From Octopus vulgaris (taxonomy: Eukaryota), in NCBI GenBank assembly GCA_951406725.2, contig OX597832.1:68324001-68388000 (forward strand): 64,000 nucleotides of DNA. The letters run 5' to 3'. Positions 12,671 to 23,140 of this stretch are shown here, piece after piece (positions within the stretch are counted from its first letter, which is position 1; the number at the start of each line of letters is the position of its first letter). The notes under the pieces were generated by a model. That model was not told where the DNA came from. It saw only the letters and a program-made list of their open reading frames with translations, and ran no database searches. The translations under genes and the position numbers were made by a program.

Positions 12671-13579
12671 ACTGATATCTTATGTTAACAAATATGTTTA
12701 CCAAATTTACACAAAAATATCTTGAATAACTAAAGATTAAATTTATTCAATAAAATCGCCGTTGGCTTCAACCATAGCCTCTTGACTTCAGAATCTCATA
12801 CAACTCTTTTGGATGGTCTCCTTGTTTAAGTTGGTAAATGCTGCCATAATCCTTGCCTTCAGTTCATCTTTGGTGATACAAGGAGTTTTGTAGGTCTCTT
12901 ACTCAACTGCACATCACACATAATAATCAAGAGGGCTGCAGTCAGAGGAATTAGGGACCATGACTGGGTTCTCCTTCTTGTGTGGTATGGTGCTGAGTCC
13001 TGTTGCCAGATATAGGGCTTTCCAGCAGCCATCCTCTTGACCCAGGGCAGTACTACCTCCTCCAAACACTTGATGTAGGCTTCCGTGATGAGTGTGAGGC
13101 TGTGTGGGAAGATGAATGGAGACATAACATCGCCATCACTAATGGTCACTCCAAACCCCATGATGTTGATTGGATGTTTGAGTTTTATCACTCTCGGTAC
13201 ATGTTTTCAGTTTGCACTATCCTCAAATTGACGCCCAAACACTCTAAAATGTTCGTATTGGAGCTTCTTGCACGAATGCCAAGTAGTACAGCAAGTTTCT
13301 AAATTTATAGCAGAGTGAAATGTGTCATGGTGCTGTTCTTCTTACAGATGGTACCCAACTGATCCTAATATAGTGTGTAATCAACAAAATCAAAAACAAA
13401 CAATGCACATGTGTGAAATTAAAAATATAAAATGGCAACAATTTACCCATCGCACCCTGTATATGGGGTTGCTGTATTAATCTACATGATGTTAGAGTAT
13501 GCATGTATGTGTCTCTATATGTGTGTGTCTGTGCATGTGCATGTGTATGTGCCTGTGTATGTGTGTGTATCTGCTTGTT

Positions 13580-13632
<53 letters not shown>

Positions 13633-13694
13633 CTCTACTTCTGTTATTTAAGTACTCTTTTTTCCACCTTGTTTCACATTTATGTGCTTACTCC

Positions 13695-13756
<62 letters not shown>

Positions 13757-13911
13757 AAATCGACTCTGTGGTACATGTTAGAAATATTAAATATTTATCA
13801 CATAAAGTATGATAACTTGATTGTTTTCTGCACACTTAACATGGCAACAAGGTAATATATTATTGTAATATATTATCATATATTATTATAATAACAGTGA
13901 TTAAATCTTAC

Positions 13912-13980
13912 CTGGCGTGACACTCTATCCTTCTTTACTTTAATATCACTCAAATCCTTTTCAAGGGCACTCAGTTCTGC
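13912..13980 (-). CDS. Internal coding exon of an unidentified host gene (coiled-coil-like peptide AELSALEKDLSDIKVKKDRVSRQ)
   Basis: Strong acceptor (ctaataac branch-like, long polypyrimidine tract, tttag) and canonical donor CAG|gtaaga; 69 nt, phase 0-0, open in only one frame; heptad-like hydrophobic spacing. Confidence 0.75.
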
Positions 13981-14279
13981 CTAAAACAGAGAGAAAAAGA
14001 AATAGAGAGAAGTTATTAGGTATTTGTAATTCTACGTCAGTGCTCCTCAGCACACAAAAAAAAGTTATTATAGATTTATTATGCAAATTTTAAAAAATGT
14101 CAAAGATAAATTTCAGCTCTGAGAGGAGGAAAATCAGGAAAAGAGTACAAGAGAATCACAAGATATCCAAGAAGATACAATTGGTATTGAGAGTGTTTCA
14201 ATCCAGTTGAGCTTTGATTGAAAATGAAATGGGTTTCAACTGACCTACCTGTTTCATCTGTGTGTGTGTGGTAAGTATA

Positions 14280-14720
14280 GGCATAGGAGTGGCTGTGAGG
14301 TAAGTAGCTTCCTTACCAACCACATGGTTCAGGGTTCAGTCCCACTGCATGGCACCTTGGGCAAGTGTCTTCTACTATAGCCTCAAGCCAACCAAAGCCT
14401 TGTGAGTGGATTTGGTAGACAGAAACAGAAAGAAGCCCATCATGTATGTATGTATATGTATGAATATATATGTGTGTGTGTGTGTATATGTATGTGTGTG
14501 TGTATATGTTTGTGTGTCTGTGTTTGTCCCCCACCCAACATCGCTTGACAACAGAAGCTGGTGTGTTTACATCCCCATAACTTAGCGATTCGGCAAAAGA
14601 GACCAATAGAATAAGTACCAGGCTTACAAAGAATCAGTGCGGGGGTCGATCTGGTTGACTAAAAAGGGTGGTGCTCCAGCATGGCCATAGTCAAATGAAT
14701 GAAACAAGTAAAAGAGTAAA
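14280..14720 (+). mobile_element. Composite tRNA-derived SINE (CORE-like head, microsatellite spacer, 3' tail)
   Basis: A box TGGCTGTGAGG, B box GGTTCAGTCCC, CCTTGGGCAAGTG motif, internal (TG)n, tail ending CAAGTAAAAGAG. Confidence 0.8.
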
Positions 14721-14790
14721 TGAATAAGTCTTTATAAATACATTTATACACACACACGTATATATGTGCATGCATATATATGTGTGTGCA

Positions 14791-14845
<55 letters not shown>

Positions 14846-14864
14846 GGCAGTTGCCATGATAGAT

Positions 14865-15040
14865 TGGTGGCCACTACACACATTTTTTTCTCTCCTTGTT
14901 TCTTTCTGTGTTCCTTTCTGTAGAAGAGCGTAGGCTCGAAACCTAAAAGACTTTTTCAATTCCTGAGCGTTATACTAATACATCTGTTTGTTCTCTACAC
15001 CACCTGTCTTCGTCTTTTGTCTTTTCGTGAACTTTCCCTA
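14865..15040 (+). mobile_element. Short repeat (Penelope pLTR-like) with variant hammerhead motif
   Basis: CTTT-CTGTAGA-A-GAGC GTAG GCTC-GAAAC-CTA-AAAG at 14914-14949; matches 4435-4610. Confidence 0.65.
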
Positions 15041-15544
15041 TATATACACACACACACGTATATATGTGCATGAATATATATGTGTGTGGCTGTGTGTATG
15101 TAGATATATATATACACACACACACATATATACACATATGCATATATACATATAATACATATATATATATACACATACAAATATACATACATTCGGTGAT
15201 ATTTGGATATTATTTAATATGTTCCTTTTGGATGTACATTTTATATAATAAGAAACCTGAACCCTGCATATCAAATGATTTGAAGCTTTTTTCTGTTTGG
15301 CTTCCCATCAGAACTTACATGTCTCAATGCCAGAACTGACCATTCCAGACTCCACTTATACAAAGACTCTAACAATGAACTGGAGTAGTTTTTGTTATAT
15401 ATTTGATGTGTATCAAAATTCTTGTACAATGCATTGCTTCTTATGAAACGTGAAATACACACACACACATATATATATATACATACACTGGTGGTGTTCC
15501 AGCATAGCCACAGCCTCAGGGCTGACATATATAAAATAATAACA

Positions 15545-15583
<39 letters not shown>

Positions 15584-15862
15584 CATATATATGGTGGCTG
15601 CCCCCTCGTTATCGAGTATGGCCATTGCACGAAGCTTAATCAATGTTGTTATCATGCGATGCCTGTGCCAGAAGATTTTTTTTAAAGTGAGGAAAGGCTG
15701 TGCACTGAGTCAATCTCACTTACTAAGCAACAGCAACCATAATCCGAAAAGAAGAACAAGTCAACGACCCGACCATGCAACAGGTTGTACTGGGTTACAT
15801 GTTACCAGTTGCACTCAAAAGTGACCTGACATAAATACATATATATACATACATATATATAT

Positions 15863-15931
<69 letters not shown>

Positions 15932-16484
15932 TATAGATATATACATATAGATAGATAGATAGATAGATAGATAGACAGATATAGATATATAAATATAGAT
16001 ATATATATAAGACCCAAGGATCAAGCTGTAGGTAGAAAGTTAGCTTCAATCAATCCGTAGCAAATATTAAAAAAAACAACTTTCAGGGACAATACTGGTT
16101 TTTTTGAGACAAATGCTTGTGAAAATTTACGTATCGAAGTATGGTAAACTGAAAAAATTCTTTTAATATTTCATAGTAGGCGACCAGGACAGCTGGGTGT
16201 GTGAATAAGAATACAAAAGTTACAGAATGGAATAGGTAAGATCTGGGCTACATATGTTTCATAACAAGCGGAACCTTGTAAGCAGTAAATACCCATTGAT
16301 TGAATGGAAGTTTACATGTTAATGCAAGGAAGAAATGATCAGAATAATTATGTGTGTGTGCGTGTGTGCATGTTTGATTAGTGCCATCATATGAAACTGT
16401 CAGCCTTTGCATCATCCCATAACTTGTGGCTGTTATTAGTAAAAACCACATACGTATTCTGTTTCTCTGTTTGCATCAGCAAAC

Positions 16485-16529
<45 letters not shown>

Positions 16530-16654
16530 CGTTATTTCATGTTCAATCTCTTCATAATTTGTGATGCTTTAATGGAGTAACATTTACATAGTTGATTCAT
16601 TCCTTATAAAATTACACAAAACATCACTTAATGATTTGACTTCAATATTACAAC

Positions 16655-16706
<52 letters not shown>

Positions 16707-16829
16707 TATATATCTACATATAAGATGGCGATGATGATGATATATATATATGTGTATTATATATATACATGTGTGTATATATAAATATATATATACATAT
16801 ATAAATATATATATTTATATATATGTGTG

Positions 16830-16861
<32 letters not shown>

Positions 16862-16962
16862 AATATATATATATATTTATAAATATATATATATATATTA
16901 ATATATGTGTGTGTGCATATATATACATATATGTATGTATACGTGTGTGTCTGGGTTTCTGT

Positions 16963-17006
<44 letters not shown>

Positions 17007-17747
17007 TATATATATACATATATCATCATCATCATCATCGTTTAGCGTCCGCTTTCCATGCTAGCACATATATATATATATTACCAAACTACATAATAAG
17101 TGATAAGTGCCACACATGAAACTCTTAGTACCAGCATCTCTTTGAGGTTACTGAATATCCTGGAGATAGCAGCCGGTTTTTTTATTTTCATTATTTTGCA
17201 GATTACATCATACAATCTTTGAAAACGACATCTTAGACAATGTGGTTTTAGGTTGCCAGTTCACAGAAAAAAGAAAGAAAAATGGAGCGATCATGAAATG
17301 ACTTCGAACACTGGTCTGGTTGATTGAAGTTGTCATGGGTCTTAACAACAATATCAGCTTCAACTAAGTAACAACAACAATCGGAAAACTATCCATCATC
17401 ATCAACGATGACATTAGCATCATTATCATTGACGGCAACAACCACAACAATAATATCAACGGCAAAATCACCAACCCCAACACAAATGACAAGAAATTCA
17501 GATCAAGTTATTTGCCAAAATAATTCTAAGAATGGTTAGTAAACTAAATGTTGGCACTGCACACCATGTCAGCAACCATTTGATTAGAAAACACTGTGTG
17601 GAGTACATTAGAGTACAGTGCCAAACCAAAAGTTAGATAATCAATCACAGACAGACACAGTCTATAGAAACAGTGCAGTTCAAAATATTGGTGTAAAAAG
17701 CTGAGTTTTTGGATAAAAAATATTTCTCTTTCCTTCTTTCTTTCTCT

Positions 17748-17778
<31 letters not shown>

Positions 17779-17949
17779 TTTCTCTCTTTCTTTTTCTCTC
17801 CCACTCATCATATTATTGGAGAAAAATAAAACACATTTATTGCTTTTATATTTATTTCATGTATTCTTATATATTTTTATTTCTATTGTTATTTTATTAT
17901 AGCTAGCTGAGTAATTTCAATGTCTTTCTCTTCAAAGATTTCCATTTTA

Positions 17950-18310
17950 AGTGAGCATTCTACATCTTACTTCTCCTGTCTCATCATCCTCTGCCTCCTC
18001 TGCATTGTCATCATCCCTGTCTGCAATGCCATCATCCTCATCCTCCTTTTCTTCATCACAACAAACACCACACAACGCTGCCATCAGAAACTTTGTCTTC
18101 AACATCGTAACCAGCACCACAGATGTTACCATCGCAATCACCAACAGGACAATCATCTTCACCACCACCACTGACACAACATCAATCCTCAGCATGTTAA
18201 TCACTGTCATCACCATTATCATCAGCAACAACAACAAAACCACCACCATCATCATCACCACAGTCACCAACATTGTTAACATTCATATTACAATCACCAT
18301 CATCATTTTG
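17950..18310. repeat. Cryptic (CAT/CAC/CAA)n trinucleotide low-complexity tract
   Basis: Degenerate triplet repeats; explains the S/T/I-rich ORFs. Confidence 0.8.
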
Positions 18311-18385
18311 GTATCAAATTATTCAGACTGGCACAGATATGAAACTGGGCAGATACATATAGTTTCAGAAAATTTATATATACAC

Positions 18386-18431
<46 letters not shown>

Positions 18432-18561
18432 CATACATACATATACATACATATATATACATACATACATATAAATATATACATATATATATACATACAT
18501 ATATATACACATACATACATATATACATACATATATATACACATACATACATATATACATA

Positions 18562-18597
<36 letters not shown>

Positions 18598-18607
18598 CAT
18601 ATATATA

Positions 18608-18638
<31 letters not shown>

Positions 18639-18812
18639 CGTCTGTCTAGATATTTTGCTGTCCCTTTTTTGTTTCACCTGTCTGGATGTTTTGCGTTCTT
18701 GTCCCATTTTTGTATTTATTTACAGAAAAGATATACACGTAGAATATATTCTACATTTGCTAAAATTTAGATGCAGGAACACAGATTTCCAAAATGTAAA
18801 TAATGTATATTC

Positions 18813-19319
18813 ATTAGAAATATTAAATTTCTAAATATCTCAGAGAGATATGAGCAGTGGTGGAACGATAGAGCGGTTGTATACTGTCAACTTAACATGA
18901 CAGTACAATAGAGGGAATTTCACCACCGTTATTTAGCCCTAGGAAGCATCAACACTTACTGTCGGCGTTTGGTGATCAGGAAATAAACTTTACTGATAAA
19001 AAAATATATATATGTTTACAAAGTCTAGACAGCTAGCAGATCATGATACTCCAGACTGATGACGAGCAAGACTCAGAAAAATGTCATGTCTCTGGATGCA
19101 GGCCTAGCTGTTGGGCGTGCTTGTCTCCCTCTTTGTAAACATAAGGACACAGGAAATGTATCAAGGCCGACAGGAAGCATTGATGCTCCCTAGGGCTAAA
19201 TAGCAGTGGTGGGATTCTCTTTATGGGACTGTCACATTAAGTTGATAGTATACAACTGCTCTATCGTTCTACCACCGCTCATATCTCTCTGAGATATTTA
19301 GCAATTTAATATTTCTAAT
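18813..19319. mobile_element. Hammerhead-bearing repeat unit with inverted partial copy (Penelope pLTR-like)
   Basis: Arms 18813-18966 and 19166-19319 are reverse complements. Motif TCCAGA-CTGATGA-CGAGCAAGACTCA-GAAA-AATGTCAT-GTC-TCTGGA at 19050-19096. Confidence 0.7.
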
Positions 19320-19345
19320 TTTGGGGATCAGTGAATAAACTTCAC

Positions 19346-19394
<49 letters not shown>

Positions 19395-19399
19395 ATATG

Positions 19400-19448
<49 letters not shown>

Positions 19449-19537
19449 GTATGTATATATATATATATGTATGTATATATATATATATACGTTTACAAAG
19501 GCTAGACTGGTATCTTCAGCTAGCAGGCCATGCTACT

Positions 19538-21193
19538 TTAGATGGTAACCTCGCGCGAGAGTGTTTGTTCTGTTTTTCGGATTTGCGGTTGGGAGTTGAA
19601 TTTTGTTGTTGCATATTGTTGTTGAAACCTGTTGCTTTGTGTTGAACCTTATAATTGTTGAATTCTTTGTTGGGTATGCAAGCCCAGACTTATGCAAAAG
19701 CAGCCAGCAAAAGCCTGTCTGCTGACGCATTACAGTTAAAAGAAGTAATTATTGAGAAGGAAAATCTGAGGAAATATTATGACAGCTTCAAAAAGGAAGG
19801 AGACTGTCTAAGGATTACACCACCAGAAGACGATGTTAAAAAAGCAGAGAGAAAAACGATAACATACAGAAAATGGAATGTGGTCTCAAAAAGAATAGAA
19901 GTGGCAAAAGTTGAAGAGATTGAAAAGTGTTTACAAGAAATAAAAGAAAGAAGTACCTTCTACAATAGAGTTAGAAAATACGCAACAGTAGAAGTTCGCT
20001 TCAAAAATGATGATGAAGCAAAAAGGAATGCAACAACAGCGTTGATATCAGATAAGTGAGTATTATTACCTACTTACTGTGGTGGATGAGCGGCGAAGGT
20101 GTGAATAAGCAAAATTCCACCGGAACTTGATACCGAAAGAATAGTAGCTGCAATAATTTACAACTGCAAGGAGGACGTGGACATACTCAAGGTGGAAAAG
20201 TTGAATGAAATAAACTGGTGGGGTTATGCGGTGGAAGCCCTAATCCACATAACCCTGCCAGATTTGTATAAAAATCCCGGAGGAGTTGGTGTTTCCCAAT
20301 GAGACACGACTGAGAGTCCTGGTGGAGGGGAGATCTCCAGTGTGTTATAAATGTAAGAGCAGAGGACACATGAAGGATGTGTGTCCTCAAAGAGAAATAC
20401 AAGAGAAGAAGATAACACTGGAGGAAGAAATAAAAGCTTTGACAGGGGAGTTAGAAAGAGAGAATGTAGAACTACAAGCGGAAGAAGAGATCATGACAAC
20501 AGATAATATGGAAAGTGGCAACGAGCTAGAGAAGGAGATAGAAAAGGAGAGAACAGAAGGAAAAGAGGATAGAAAGTGAACACGGGTGGAATCACCACCC
20601 AAAGACCAAAAAAAGAAAAAGATGAAAAAGAAGTCTACCGACGAGACAGAGGATCGAACACACGAAAGGAAAATTACAATTAAATTGAGTGAAGGTCAAA
20701 TGTTGGAGGAAATGGAAATATGGTCAACAAAAGTGGAAGAATGTCTGAAAACATGCAAGAAAGGAGGAAGAAATTTCAGAGCTGTAACGTTGTACCGAAA
20801 AGATAAAGAAATTGAGAAAAAAATAGCGATAATGAAAGGTCGAACGAGAGTGAAATTGAACCTGAGGATATACGATGACGAATTAAAGGCAGTAATATTA
20901 GATAATGAGAGGTTAAATAAATTAATGAATTTATTTCCAAATACAGTTGTGTGCATTGCGCACTACGTTCGATATGACAGTTTGCCTTGCGTTATAGAGC
21001 AGGAAGAATTACTCGTTTACATTACTGACGAACATCCCAGATAGCATAACTGCGAGCTTTGGGGGGCTTGTAAGCCATTTAATTTAATTCATTAACACTT
21101 CATTTCATATCATCCTTTCTGTATATTTGTTATATGTGCCCCATGTCCTGTATTGTTATGTCCCCTCTTCATTCAGGCCTATAATAAAGAGAA
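19538..21193 (+). mobile_element. ORF1-only non-LTR retroposon (HAL1-like, Tx1/L1-type ORF1)
   Basis: Perfect 20-bp TSD AGCTAGCAGGCCATGCTACT (19518-19537, 21194-21213); 5' UTR, a single ORF1-like frame, 3' UTR with AATAAA (21183-21188); no endonuclease or RT. Confidence 0.8.
19676..21044 (+). pseudogene. Disrupted ORF1p (gag-like, CCHC zinc knuckle)
   Basis: MQAQTYAKAA...V*ISKIPPEL...CYKCKSRGHMKDVC (CX2CX4HX4C), then an E/K-rich region and a KKKK basic patch. About 455 codons with four in-frame TGA stops and one +1 frameshift in an A run near 20270. Confidence 0.8.
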
Positions 21194-21424
21194 AGCTAGC
21201 AGGCCATGCTACTCCAGACTGATGACGAGCAAGACTCAGAAAAATGTCATGTCTCTGGATGCAGGCCTAGCTGTTGGGGGTGCTTGTCTCCCTCTTTGTA
21301 AACATAAGGACACAGGAAATGTGTCAAGGCCAACAGGAAGTGTTGATGCATCCTAGGGCTAAATAGCAGTGGTGTGATTCTCTTTATAGAACTGTCACAT
21401 TAAGTTGACAGAATACACCCGCTC
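21194..21424 (+). mobile_element. Second copy of the hammerhead-bearing repeat (3' part; its 5' part is at 19490-19537)
   Basis: Direct repeat of 19031-19260 with an identical hammerhead-like motif at 21213-21259. Confidence 0.75.
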
Positions 21425-21872
21425 AATGTAAGTCAGCCTTTTCAAATCTCTTTCTTGCTTCATGTGCCATGATGCCTGCAGAGGTTTCTAATCATGGAGC
21501 GCCAGGCCAAAGGCTGATTATTCTTTTACTTATTTCAATAAAGTTGTGATGAGACAACCCTTCCTTTCAAGGACTGTTTCAGTAGAGATGTATACATCTA
21601 TGTGTGTTTCTGTATCAATATATATACATAGATATACACATGCACACAAACACACAAACACACACACACACACATGTATTCATATATATATATATATATA
21701 TATACTCAATAATACTATAAAAATAGACAAAATTCCAGCAAAATTTCAATTTGAAAACTCCACTACAGTGGACGAAAGCGCTTGTATAAGATATATGATT
21801 TATAAAAACATGTAACATACTAATAACTATCTGTAAATATAAAACCAGCCAGATTTCTGAGTACCTCATTTC

Positions 21873-21904
<32 letters not shown>

Positions 21905-21905
<1 letters not shown>

Positions 21906-22160
21906 GACTGACCAGGTATCAGTTGTTGTTACACATCAGTTGTCCCAATACTCCTTTGCATTGCTTTAGCCTTCAAATGATGCGACCCTGGTGGCTAAGC
22001 AAACAGGCCAAAGTTCACCCCATGATTGGAAGGGGGACTGGAACAATGTGAAATGAAGTGTTTTGCTCAAGAACACAATGCACCTACCAGTCAGGCAAGT
22101 GACCCCACAACCTAGCGGTTGTGAGTGCAATGACCTAACCTCTAGGCCATGCACTTTCAC
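21905..22160 (-). mobile_element. tRNA-derived SINE, decayed
   Basis: Minus strand GCATGGCCTAGAGGTTAGG...GTGTTCTTGAGCAAAACACTTCATTTCAC. Confidence 0.6.
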
Positions 22161-22232
22161 ATGCACACACACACATTTTCATATATTTATGTAAATACAT
22201 ATATAAAATATGTATGCACATACTAACACATG

Positions 22233-22276
<44 letters not shown>

Positions 22277-22384
22277 TATGTATATATATATATGCAAACA
22301 TACATATATATATACACACACATATATAAATATACATACATACACACACATACACACAAACACACACACACACATATATATATC

Positions 22385-22415
<31 letters not shown>

Positions 22416-22885
22416 CACACACACATATATCCATTTGTAATTCACTATGTACCTAGTAAACTTAAATTAATACTTCAAATATTCAGCAAACTGCAAACAA
22501 GAAATAACAAAAAAATGAAACAATTAAAATTATTTAATAAACTGTCGTATATTAATCTTCTTTTTAAACAACGATATCTCACTTTAAAACTTTCTCTTAT
22601 CTCAAATTTCAAAAAAAAATTTATTAAATTTTGTTTATAGAATATACTGGAAAACAGTGTTGATTGATTATAATTCAATAATATATAATTATCGCTCAAG
22701 TAGATAATTATTGATGCACATATTCTCTCATTAAAAAAAAACAACCCAAAAAAACGACTATCTTGAAAATATTCCAAATATTACGTTTTAGTCAGACTTG
22801 AATCGATTTACTACTAACTCTCACCTACTCAAATTTTTCATATTCACTAGCCTTTTTTTTTTAAAACTCTCATCTTCACCACCAT

Positions 22886-22934
<49 letters not shown>

Positions 22935-22936
22935 AT

Positions 22937-23140
22937 AAACAATTGCAGCGTGGAAGTTGTTTTTAAAACACACAAAAACCGTTAGATTCACTTCAACATT
23001 TAAATTGAATTTGTCAAAATATTTTCATTGCTTTGAGACCGCGACCTTTTCAATCACAAAATTCCATGGTGCTCGGAATTTTGTGAGTGAACAGGTCATG
23101 GTCTCAAAGCTTATAAACACCTTCCACGCTGCAATTGTTT
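22937..23140. repeat. Nested inverted repeats (pLTR-like foldback)
   Basis: Perfect 20-bp outer arms 22937-22956 / 23121-23140; inner 36-bp arms 23030-23065 / 23075-23110. Confidence 0.8.

Larger units (their letters stand above)
11972..13459 (-). mobile_element. Tc1/mariner DNA transposon (maT/DD37D-like), internally deleted, with nested insertion
   Basis: TIRs CAGGGGGCAGTGAATAAACTGTTG / CAGGGTGCGATGGGTAAATTGTTG with TA on both sides. Transposase remnants KHPINIMGFGV...YIKCLEEVVLPW...WQQDSAPYHT and an SDCSPLDY-type motif. Confidence 0.85.

Noticed and set aside
17951-18649. 232-aa S/T/I-rich ORF resembling a mucin
   Set aside because: Cryptic trinucleotide repeat fused to (TA)n; no splice or domain support.
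19031-21424. LTR retrotransposon interpretation (direct repeats flanking a gag-like ORF)
   Set aside because: No TG...CA ends, PBS or PPT. The 20-bp TSD shows the ORF-bearing element inserted into one repeat copy rather than being flanked by its own LTRs.
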